From assembly GCA_002633005.1 (NCBI GenBank), contig NMRA01000031.1, forward strand, positions 781,185-845,184: a stretch of DNA of 64,000 bases, read 5' to 3'. Shown here piece after piece: positions 11,711-22,960 of the stretch (its first letter is position 1; every line of letters starts with the position of its first letter). The DNA comes from Phoronis australis. Taxonomy: Eukaryota > Animalia > Phoronida. Made by a program: the position numbers and the translations under genes. The notes under the pieces were generated by a model. That model did no database searches and was not told the DNA's origin. It saw nothing but the letters and a program-made list of their open reading frames with translations.

Positions 11711-14700
11711 GTAAGCTTATGGATCCCTCTTGGTAGGTGATCATCTTGGCTAATAGAGTTCTCCGGCATAGATATTCTTCATTCCGCTTCTTTCCAGCTA
11801 AAATTTATGAAAAGTAATTTGACTGCAAACAATTACGTTTTAATTTATTTCAAATTTATGCTCTGTCGAAACGAAATCAAATATTAAAAATTGTGGTATT
11901 TTTAATTTCTGGTCGTGCACCAACAAAATGGCTACCACAACTGTACGGCAGACACAATCACATGTATAACTTACGAATTGTTCAAAGAAAGTGCTTCTAA
12001 GTTCTGTGAAAAAGAAGTTTAAAATGAGCAATTTATTGTGTTCACCTTTATTTGTCACGAGTGCAGTTCATCATCTAACTGCAGATGTTGTTTCCGTAAA
12101 GGTTAGGGATGCGTCCCGTACATAAAGTTTCTTGCTAGAAAAGCATGATCACAAATGTCTTCCTGAGTTATTGCCATGGATTACTGCTCCTCAAACTAAA
12201 AAAGACAATTCATACTGTGAACATCAAAGAAAAGCCGACATGCACAGTCATCTTTTTTACCCTCGTGTCCTTTCTTTTACGCTGATTTTCTCCTCTGGGC
12301 ATCTGAGGAGATTATGCAGCGGAATCTTGTTCATTAAATCTATTGTTTCATTGATTTCAATAATAGTTCTGAAGGTTCATAAGCTTGATTAATGGTAGAC
12401 CGACAGTTCTACAGTACGGTGGTATCGCTTGGAGACGTCAGAGGCTTGTTGTACGTAATGGAATGAGATACACAGGGTTTTAGAAAATCAATTGTATTTT
12501 AGTCATTCGCGTTGTCAGAAGACAGAGATCACTTGAGACTTTACTGCCATGATTTTGAGGTTTGTATCTAATTGAAGTTATAAGCCAAATAGGCTCAATT
12601 ATACACCCAGGTTTTAGTTATGTTAAAGTTTTTCTTTTCGCGTCATTAACAAATGAATTCGATTGATAAAAGAGTAGACTTGACGAAACGTTTGTCAAGT
12701 TAGTAACATGTGTACGCTATGGACAAACTGTGTAGCTCGGATATAGAAATGATTTCGTAATGGGTAAAACTCACTGCATATTCTGCTAACGCAGCGAAGT
12801 GTGCTTGTCACGTCAGTGCACTTCCTGTTATTGTGTACATTTGAACGAATTGGCGATTTTTTGTTTTTTGTGGTGTTTTTTCTTGTGGGTTGATCACTGT
12901 ACGTGCGAAACTTTAACTAAAAACTTGAAAATCAATGTGAAATTTGAAGAAGATATCACATGTTTTTATGAAAAATATTTATAATGGCTTATGTTCACAA
13001 TCATTCAGCAGACCCAAGGATGACAACGCGGGTTGTTGTCCATTTTTTAGAAAATTGGGTTTCAATTATGCGCAAAGAGTGGATTTTGTTTTATCCGAAG
13101 GTCGGATTATGCATCAAAGCTGTGTATTTTGGAAAATTTCGTAAAACATGCAATTTGCCTGATACTCGGATACCGATAGCGCGCATAAGATAATTTGCAT
13201 ATTCAGTGGTGAGAGCACGATGGCTTCTTTGAAGTGCAAACGAAATGATAACATTTACGTCATTTCCGGGTCACAAATTGTATCGTTTAGTTTACTGAGG
13301 CTTTAAACTATAGTGGATAATACTTTTTATGGGAAGTTAGGTGAATGAATGTGTATTGTTTGTTTCTAAGCTAATCAATTTAATCACCGGTGTGGCATAC
13401 ATATTATTTCCTGTATGACGTCATCAGTCGGAGGAGTTGGGTCAAATCCATACTTTTTCGATTACGTGTGTCCCCCGCATAGGAAAACAAGTTTGGCCGG
13501 AGTAGACAGTGCGCATGCTTGACGATATTAGTTTTGCCGTGCAAGTTGAAACACTCGATTAGCGGAGTCATCTTGTAATCAATCGAAATTAGTTTCAGGT
13601 TTATACTTTGTACTGAAACTTTGGAAATTAACTTCGGGTTAAGTTTTTTCTCGTTTGTTCGTGTACGATTATCTGCGTGCGTTTGTCGTGGCGTACCTGC
13701 ATTGTAAAGGGGCACTTGGTGACCAGCATGCTTACTCCGTCGTTACTAAACGATTTTGATAACGCATTAGGTCTATGTCGTATTGTCAACCTGTAAGTAT
13801 CATGGTACGTAAATCATTAGTCTAAGGATTTACAAGACTGGACACATTCAGTTTAATTGAAGATTTCACCAACTCTCGCGGTGTATCAATAGTAATTGAA
13901 AATAAACAGTACACACTACCCTTTAAACTGGAGACGTTTTGCCATCACAGTCACTGCATATTGAAATATTCACATTCCTCGATATCTTCAACAAGATGTT
14001 TGGTTGTGCATTGCTTTGCGGTTGTGAGTAAGGACACTGTCGAAGTACGCGTCCTTTCAATAATCCACTTAGGACTATCGAGGAACCAGTGGGAAAAGTC
14101 AAGGGTTCCACAACCCATGGGGTTTAAGTAATTCGTCTGATCCGACATCCGTGTGGGGTATAGTTTTGGCCATCAAGGTGCATTTCAATCGGAACAGATT
14201 CACTCCCAGTCCATATGCTCAACGTCATGTGCGTGTATTTGCACCACAGAGTAGCTCGTTCAGAGATTCAACACAGTTTAACCGGAGACTCCTGAAAACA
14301 TATTCCCTCCTGTTATCTCACGGGCTTCCGTCTGGAATTTTTTCCAATATGGACTTGTTGGCTTACGTTTGGGACCTGAATTATGATTTTAATGCTTTGT
14401 GTGGATTAGCCAAGTGAGCTAAGTAAAAATGTGGCTCGTTGAAAGACGTAACACATGTATATATCACTCACAAAAAGTACAACATTCTCCCGTCGTGCGT
14501 TTGTGATGACCTTATGGCTCTGTCACACCTCAGACTATTTGGCTCGAGGTCACACCAAGGTATTCTTAGTACGACCACAAAAAATTGTATAAAAAGCATA
14601 ATCTGAGTAAGGATCGCGTATGTATAATTCTCGTTTCTGACAGTACACAGGGACTAATTTTAAGGTGCCAGGACAACCCAAAAATAACATGTTGCGAATA

Positions 14701-17700
14701 CACTTCCTATAAAAACGACTTCACAGTCCACTGAATTGTCAGCTGGTGACTGCTCACTCAACTGTCTGACCAGTGATCGAACTCTGGTTTATTGTTCAGA
14801 TAGCCATTGACCAGAAAACATCGATACTACAGGATAGAAAACACTCAGAGCACAAACAAGGGGCGATAATTCGATAACACTATATAGCTCTTTGTTTTTA
14901 TGAAAAATTAGTGATAAGGGTAAAGAAACATTAAATACGTCACAGTTTGTTGGGGATGACATTGCCACGTCAGAGCGTTGGCTTTCATTGTATCCTTGGG
15001 ATTTTCATGGGCAATGTTATGCATTCAAACATCCGTGAACAACGTATGACTTAAACGGTGAGTATTGGGCGTTGTTTTCGCAATCTTTTATGAAGTATTA
15101 TTCCTGAAGCCATTCTTATCCTTGGACATTTATCAACACAGGTTTCTGAGAACAGCGCTTGGCTTGATGCTTAAGTCTAATGCCACCAAAACCTGCAACA
15201 AAACAACCCGGAAACATTAAATGGGTGCTTCAGTTCAAAGGTCAAAGCGGACTCTGGTTTTATGGTGTTAGATTACAAGTTCTTTCGATTGCCATCTTCG
15301 CATTTAACAAAAAATCTGGCCTATTTGCGGTAATCTAATATGCCTGTTAATAAACGAGATATTTAGTTACTATGGAAACTTTGTGGATAAGTAGAAGTTA
15401 CAGAGCGAGTAATAGGGTTGAACAAAAACACGGTTTCTTGTTTTTAAGCGCTGATTCTCAGTTGAACATGTGAAGGTAATAACGTGTAAGACGCTCTTCA
15501 ATTCTGGCACGCAAAATACAGATCGAAACGCTGATAACAAGTCTTTTTAGCGGCATATATAGCCCGAAGTTTACCAAGTAGTTACGACATAACAGCTGCG
15601 CCGCAGTTCCCCGTCTCTCCCTGAATGCCTGGCTGCATTGTGTGGAACAATGGAGTGCGTGTCACTAAATAAATAAACACGTCGTGTTGGCCTGTGTCAC
15701 CAAAATACGGTCTTAAATCAAATACTTGTACTTGTCACAAAATGTTGAAGTGTATTATTCCATAAATTTCGAGCTGCATTATAATTATTTATCAATTTTA
15801 CTGAATTATTATTTCTATCAAACCCGCGTGAAGTTTGTCATCTGGTCTTCTATTACGGTACTTCACAAGACAGCAACTGGAGTAGGTGGTTAGTAATTGA
15901 CAGTGAACCTGTGGTATTCGACAGCGTATCAGTCGAAATGGATTCATCTGCATGCCGTCCTCTCCGCACTCGTTGTCGGAATCTTCCTGAGATAGAAAAC
16001 GCATCTGCAACGCGCATCTAAACAGAGTTGGACAACTAATGAGCGATTGATCACGCCCCACTCAGCTTGTTAAATATTTTGAAATCAGCATGATTGCAAG
16101 TCGCTATATTAGCATTAGAATAAATAATAACCATTAGATAATGACGATGAACAGGGATAAGCACGATAAGCACGATAGTAGTGACACAAGTGCCCCCTGT
16201 ACGCGCAGCACTGTGGGTAAAAGTCGCGACTTAGAGTAGCGCGGGGGTGTTTTGGTGTTTGCCTAAGGAATGAGTTTTATGTTATATTGGGTACTTCCGC
16301 AAGTACTAAGCGGATGGGTTTGTTTGCCTTTATCGATGAATACATCAGGCATGAAATTTGAAGAACAAGTACGTACTGTGTATTTTTAGCTTTGCGTGAC
16401 CTGTTTTTTATGAGTTTTATTTTGTTTCTGCCTGAAGATGAGACCTGACCAGTTTCGAAATGTAACGGCTCTTTATCCATTGTGTAAAGTTTGTCGGTTA
16501 TTTATTTTAATTTTGCTCTTTGGAGTGTCGGTTATCTATTTTAATCTTACTCTTTGGGGCATCCACAAATATATTGCGAGTTTCAGCGAGTCTACTCAAG
16601 AATAATTAAGAGGCAACGCTATCGTGTTTTCTAACAGACAGCACTTTCGTGACTTTAACGCATTTTTTGTGCAAGAAGGGTTACTGAAAACAAATGCTGG
16701 TTCTCAAAAGTGATTGCTGCAGCTTCACAGCTGGGCAAGAGTGTTCACATTAATAATAAAAAGTAGCTCAAGTATCAGATACGCGGGAAAATGTAGTAAT
16801 GTCTGAACAAGTTAGCAACACATCGTCCTGGTTTTCCCCGGATGACCCTCAAAGGTACAGTCGACAGATTTAAACAGTCAAAATGGATTTTGGAAGATTG
16901 GTCTGTTAAATGCACACGTTTCCAAACAAGCAAATATGTTGGTCTTTTACATTTTATATCATTCGTCGTTCAAAAAGTATGTCTTTTATTGTTTACGGTT
17001 TTCACCATCAATCATGGTGACTTTTTAAGGCGTACATCGTTGTGAAGAGACGCACTCGAGAAACAAACCGTATGATGCTTGTCATGGTCTGTGGGGGGGG
17101 CTTGATTACTGAAGTTGTATCACGGTGTAGCCTTTGTGTTTTACGTAACCTATCCCATTGGTTCACGTTACTGACTGTGCAACATGACACGTAACGCGAA
17201 CAACAATGCGTACAACACGACAGGTCTTCTGACACATGTGTCACCAAGTACTAAACAAAATATTGCATTTGTAGATATAAGTTGCTGGTTTTAGTTCAGT
17301 TGCAATGAGACTCGCGTCTGTTACTCGGTGGCGCTACAATGATGAAGTGACACATGTTAGAACACTTCAAAGCTTTTTCATGTCAGTAATCTTAGTTGAC
17401 TTGATTCAATTAGAAAGTCAATGCCACGTCCTTGAAAACATGCTTCTCAGCGAGATCTGGGGGTGAGATATTGGCTTGATTTGCGATATCTATCAGCTCC
17501 ACTCAGTAGATGGGTAGGCTTTGCACGAGATTTACGATAATACCAGAAAACAATAATTAATATCTACACAAGCGGCGCATTTCCATTCCATGGTTTTGAA
17601 ATAATTACATAAAAGTATAATCGCTTTGAAATTGGAAGCTTCTTGATATTTAAATCGGTGTCGTTAGATGTGTAAACTGATGAGTCATTATGAAACGCGG

Positions 17701-18580
17701 GATCAATTGTCATGAAATGCAAGCTAAAAATAAACGTCAATGAAAATAGGACGGGTGCTATTCTGTTCTAAAAAGATACTGCATAGGCTCTTCTATCGAA
17801 TGTTTACTTAAGTATTGAAGTAGATGTTTATGCATCATAGTCGCTATACAAAATAAAGATCCAAAATGGATTTCGAGATTTACTTAGAAAAGCAAAAAAG
17901 CATTGAAAGAATATTCGATTATTTACGAGTTGTCTCATTCATGATTATTCTATCAAAGATCTTTGAACAAGTACTAAACACGCATGGCATCGACTGGATG
18001 CCACCGTGTGCACGTTTCGTAATGGTATTTGTGACAACTCGGTCGTTTCCGGTGGAGTAAGCTGCAGTAAGGGGACGTATCCGCGACAGTGCACTTACAT
18101 GTAGACACCGGCAATATTTTCTCAATCGTTTTATTACTTTGTCATCCATATCTTGTTGACTGGGTTACGTAATTTCAAGTCTCGTGAGTTACATCTTCTC
18201 CAGAACGTTTTATGTGAAACAGCCGATCATGGCTCCGCCAAAGTCCTACCGGCATTTGTCTTTGAGGATGTGTGGATCGTTGGGAGTGCTTTGCATTCTT
18301 TCAGATATCGGCTTTAATTAACCCATGCAACAGCTATTACTTCCAACGTGTTCGTTACCACTGAACGGCAAACTTGGGCAGAATAAATGAAAGACGTTAT
18401 TGTCCTTGGAGAATTGACAGCACCTTGTCATTTATAATACTTTGAGCTGTCCTCGACAAAACGTGTGTAGTGTGACGTTCTGTATTCTAATAAGATAATG
18501 GAAGGGTTGATTGAAGCAGACCATAGATTACTTGTCTTTATGAACGGTGTCTCTTGTATTGTAAATATTAATGACATTGG

Positions 18581-18592
18581 TTTTCTTTTCAG
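18581..18592 (+). other. 3' splice acceptor of a 5'-UTR intron of the mAChR gene
   Basis: ttttcttttcag ends 79 nt upstream of the ATG at 18672. Upstream non-coding exons were not identified. Confidence 0.55.
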
Positions 18593-18671
18593 ACAAAACA
18601 TGTGTGTTTGATGGAATTTTCTGCTGCGTAAGAAACCGGATATCACGCCATAGTCTCGTAGGACAATCATC

Positions 18672-20657
18672 ATGGCAGCGGAGTTTGGTGCTCTTGGGAG
18701 TACTCGAGCGACCCCTGTGCGTCCCACGGAGAACTATCCTAGTGACTACCCGGACTCAGTGAAGGCAGATTTGATGTCTTTCCTTAACTATACGGGACCG
18801 TTTTCCGGAAACGTGAAAGTGGATATTCGCAACCCGATTTACTGGATGCAAATTACGAATGGCAGCAACCCATGCAAATACTTTCAAGACACTTGGCAAA
18901 ATGCGTCTGAGTTTTTTAATTGCTCAACAGATGTTGCAAGTACTGTAGTCAGTGTTGCATCTGTTATGAGTACAGCGACGCAGGGTAACGGAAGCACAAA
19001 CGGGACAGATACCGCTGCCACATATGACGTGGGGCTAACAGCCGTGTTCTCGCTGTTGGCTGCAGTTGTAAGCTTAGTTACAATTTTGGGCAATCTACTG
19101 GTGCTGGTCGCGTTCTTTGTTGACCGCTCAATACGTCAACCAAGCAACTATTTTATTGCTTCTCTCGCTGTCTCCGACTGCATCCTCGGATTGTCATCCA
19201 TGCCACTTTACACAATGTATGAGCTGCTTGGCTACTGGCCACTCGGACAATGGATTTGCGACCTCTGGCTATCGCTAGATTACACTGTCTGCCTCACCTC
19301 CCAATATACTGTATTCTTTATAACCTTAGACCGTTTTTGTTCGGTTAGAATTCCAGCAAAGTACCGAAACTGGAGAACTGAGAAAAAGATCTTGATTATG
19401 GTCGCTATTACCTGGATTCTGCCGACGCTCGTATTTTTCATATCGATCATCGGGTGGCAGTTTTTCGTTGGAGTAAGGACGGTTCCTGAAGACAAATGTT
19501 ACGTTCAGTTTGCTAGCAATCCTATTTTCAACACAGTACTCGTCATTGTATATTATTGGATCACATTGTTCATCATGTGTGGTCTCTATACGACCATATA
19601 TCGCGTTGCATGGAACCTCCAGAGAAAGAGCGAGGAAAAGCATAAAAAAATGACGAGTATAGTTAATATGGGGAATGCCATGACAAAAATTGGAATGGGA
19701 ATGGCAAATAACGCAGAAGAAAAGAAAAAATCAGAAAAGGTCTCTAAACCGCCTTTAAAGGTGTCGAAAAAATATTCAACGACCAGTTTTCAAAGTTCAC
19801 GGGAAAAGGATGACGCCTCTAGTGTTGTATATGCGTCTGACTCGGACAGCAATTCACCGAAACACTCCCCGAGTTATAAAAAGCATAGCTTTCGTATAGC
19901 GACACGGGAAGAGCCGCCTAAATCCAGCACGCTGATGGTACCGGTGGTGCATATAACCTCGTCAAACGGTATTGAACAGGCCCCCACCTACAACAAAGTT
20001 ATTAATAACAACATTAATGGAGTTGCCCATAAAGAACACGATCACGGCCAGGACGAGCGTGACTGCTTAACGTTTGTGCGAACTGCTTCCCTGAGGTCTT
20101 CCAATTCCGACAACCCTGACGTCTCAGATCCACCTACTCCGGACTCTCCAGTGTGGAAGAAAAGAATCAAGTTTCCTTCCGATGAGCAAAACAATGACGA
20201 AATCTCAGGCGAAGGGACTAAGCCTGTTTTTGACACTGTGTCCGAACACACTAACGGCAAAACAGTTACCAAAGTGGTGGCGCGGTCAGAACGCAAGGCA
20301 CGATTGGGTTTCAGTGGGGTCGTACAGCGGCTGTCGTTCCCAAAACTTCTTAAGAGAAACAATAAGGAAAAAGTGAAAAAGTCAAAATCCGAAAACAGAG
20401 CAAGAAAAGCATTAAAAACTATAACTCTCATTTTGGGAGCCTTTGTGCTGTTTTGGACTCCGTATCACATTGTGGTACTCATCTATGGTTTCTGTGAATC
20501 ATGCCGCGAATCCAAGCTAATCAACTTGGTCTATAGCATCACCTATTGGCTTTGTTATTGCAATTCGCCGCTTAATCCGTTCTGTTACGCTGCCGCTAAT
20601 CAAAATTTCAAGAAAACGTTTACTCGAATCCTGAAAGGCGATTTCCGCCGTCGGTGA
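18672..20657 (+). CDS. Muscarinic acetylcholine receptor, B-type (mAChR-B / GAR-2-like), class A GPCR, 661 aa, intronless CDS
   Basis: Seven TM segments: GNLLV (TM1), SLAVSD (TM2), CDLWLSLDYTVCLTSQY with the amine-binding Asp and DRFCSV (TM3), long Ser/Lys-rich ICL3, ARKALKTI...FWTPYHI (TM6), YWLCYCNSPLNPFCY (TM7). Multiple N-glycosylation sequons in the N-terminus. Confidence 0.95.
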   Translation: MAAEFGALGSTRATPVRPTENYPSDYPDSVKADLMSFLNYTGPFSGNVKVDIRNPIYWMQITNGSNPCKYFQDTWQNASEFFNCSTDVASTVVSVASVMSTATQGNGSTNGTDTAATYDVGLTAVFSLLAAVVSLVTILGNLLVLVAFFVDRSIRQPSNYFIASLAVSDCILGLSSMPLYTMYELLGYWPLGQWICDLWLSLDYTVCLTSQYTVFFITLDRFCSVRIPAKYRNWRTEKKILIMVAITWILPTLVFFISIIGWQFFVGVRTVPEDKCYVQFASNPIFNTVLVIVYYWITLFIMCGLYTTIYRVAWNLQRKSEEKHKKMTSIVNMGNAMTKIGMGMANNAEEKKKSEKVSKPPLKVSKKYSTTSFQSSREKDDASSVVYASDSDSNSPKHSPSYKKHSFRIATREEPPKSSTLMVPVVHITSSNGIEQAPTYNKVINNNINGVAHKEHDHGQDERDCLTFVRTASLRSSNSDNPDVSDPPTPDSPVWKKRIKFPSDEQNNDEISGEGTKPVFDTVSEHTNGKTVTKVVARSERKARLGFSGVVQRLSFPKLLKRNNKEKVKKSKSENRARKALKTITLILGAFVLFWTPYHIVVLIYGFCESCRESKLINLVYSITYWLCYCNSPLNPFCYAAANQNFKKTFTRILKGDFRRR

Positions 20658-20997
20658 TGCACGTATTACGCTATGAAGTATCCATATGTCGACTGTATTT
20701 TTCAATCGACTCGCCATTTTTGCATCACTTTTGTGCCTGCGCTGTACACGTATTACTTGAATTCCTTCGCCATTGTTTTTTATAACTACATCACTTACTT
20801 TAAAGACTTTTCACGCCGCTTTCAACCTGATTGTGCCTATTTGTTGAAGTGACAGGGTTCTTCTCTTTATGTTTAGAGCTCCAAAAAGTTTCCTCGACAT
20901 AAAAACGTACTCTTGCGCAGTGCCATCAAATGAGGGATGTGCCTTCTCACAGGTTACTGTGAAAGAGTGTTTCCAAAGATAGCGATTCGCAAACATT

Positions 20998-21151
20998 TGT
21001 CAAGTCTGGTGCGCACACCGCCTGTTGGCCACATCATGACACCTAATGAATACAGGTCTGAAAAATTTCTGTCCGATCGGGAGTCGAACCTTGTACCTGC
21101 TGCTAACCGTGCAGACAATCTAGTTCATTCAGCCATCTGGACCACTTGTCA
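20998..21151 (-). mobile_element. tRNA-derived element: candidate solo LTR (Helenus-like) or SINE fragment
   Basis: 154 bp bounded by tgtcaagt ... acttgtca (TG..CA, 7/8 inverted match). The minus strand has an A-box-like tggctgaatga and a B-box ggttcgactccc. No clear TSD. Confidence 0.5.
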
Positions 21152-22504
21152 AACTCAAAAATCCATTAGAATTAGCAGACTTATAAACGTTTGCGATCTG
21201 TATTTCCACGCCCGTTCAATATACCTGTACCTATACCTGTCACGGACAGGATCATTGGGGATATGCTGGTGCATTAATCCCCTCCCCAGACCATCCCCGT
21301 GACAGCAGAAGGCGCAGAACTCCAGGGCTGACGTTGCCTGTAAGCATTTGATTAGACAGCACTCGGGCACGGCTCTTCTTTTGACTCTTCGCAGCATGGC
21401 CATAACTAATACCGGCTTCGAACAGGCGGCTGCCATCATTGAACTCAGCCAGTTGGGATGCACGCCCGTTCGAGATTTACATAGGCCAATCCATAACGAT
21501 AGTGATTATTTAAAACCATTTCCTAAATTTACACCCAATTTGTATTTGCGTTACTTAGGTACCCTGTGTGTACATTTTGTAGCTGAACTTTCAGTTGACC
21601 AAAACGACTTAAATACTTCTCCTGCGTTTTTGAGGTTGGCTCTTCAAATTTCGTAAGGATCTTGGTGCCATATAAGTGCACCCAGAAACTACACTAAATT
21701 TAGATCGGATAAACCGAACCGAATTTCCCTGTCAAAGGTCAGTAAGTGCAAAAGTGATTTTTGAGCTAGACTTTTCAAAAGCAAGCATACGCTTTCCAAA
21801 TCTGAAGAATATTTAAAAAGTCATAATAACTAAAGAGAGCATGTGAAGCTACATCTCACAGGAGACGCTAATGTTGGTGTTCTTTCTCATGCCGCCTGCT
21901 GCTATTAAATAGCAAAGCCGTTGTGGACACTCGGCACAACTTTGTGTTAACGAGTTTCTGTCAAACGGGAACACAATTTATAATTTAGTCGCTGGGTTAA
22001 TGACTTGTCCAGTCAAATATATTCAAATTGTGCAAAACCGGAATTGAGGCCGATTTGACAGCATTTCTCATTACTTTCCCTCCACTTCTGAAGAGTTCTA
22101 GTTAATATAACCTGGGCGCGGGATTTAATATTTGTACTAGAAATATTTTTGATATTTTCCGTCCTTTTTAATACGGATTCAAGACAAGTGTTTGCTATAC
22201 TATGCCCGATTACATTGTAATTTACGCGAATGATTTTCTACTCGAAATTTGCACTTGTTGACCCCTAGATTTGAGCTACAATGTAACTCAAGTAAGAACT
22301 CGAAATCTCTAGTTCATACTTGACAATGTACTCATAACTGTGTGCTGGGTTCATTAGGTGCGAACTAGGATTGCACAATCACCCACGTTAACCGTCTCAT
22401 ATTCAGAATTATAGACACGTGTCTTGGGCTTGTATGAAAGTAGAGCAGAAAATATTAAAAATAACATCGTGTTCGATTTCGAGAACAAAGATTGTCCGAC
22501 CCTG

Positions 22505-22637
22505 GGCTGCGTGCGCGTAGGCCAAGGAACATCGCGAGAAAATCGTGCTTCGATCACTTATGATACATAGCGATATCTAACGAAGGTTAGCGTGATATTT
22601 CTTTTTCACGAGATTCTTCAGTCTACTGAACGCAGCC
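22505..22637. mobile_element. MITE, PIF/Harbinger-like
   Basis: ggctgcgtgcgcgtagg ... tctactgaacgcagcc inverted ends with ctg/ccg flanks. A relative lies at 22834-22960. Confidence 0.55.
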
Positions 22638-22833
22638 CCGTTTTCAAGCATTCACTAGGTAAGCCAACATTATTGCATAATATTTTACTGATACGGAGCA
22701 CTAAATTTGCGAGCCGAATAGCTCAGTTTGGTCGCTAGAGCGTGCAATCAATAACTTGTCTCGTGAACCCGGCGTGCTCGTAGTTGTGGTGATTTTCTGT
22801 GCTAGCGAGCGGCGCCGTCACTTGTTAGAACAG

Positions 22834-22960
22834 GGCTGTATTCCGTAGACACCAGAAAAACTAGAATGATCAAGTTGTTCTCTTGTAATAAATGACAATA
22901 TCTCGCAGACTTGCGTAATTTTACCTTTTCACGAGATTCTTGCGTCTGCTGAACCCAGCT
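22834..22960. mobile_element. MITE, relative of 22505-22637
   Basis: ggctgtattccgtagac ... ttttcacgagattcttgcgtctgctgaacccagct shares its 3' arm with the neighbouring copy. Confidence 0.5.

Noticed and set aside
18884-20431. Minus-strand ORFs overlapping the receptor
   Set aside because: Antisense shadows of the mAChR CDS with no recognisable motifs.
22713-22775. tRNA-like start gccgaatagctcagtttggtcgctagagcg
   Set aside because: Has an A box but no B box or T arm and cannot form a cloverleaf. At most a decayed tRNA/SINE fragment.
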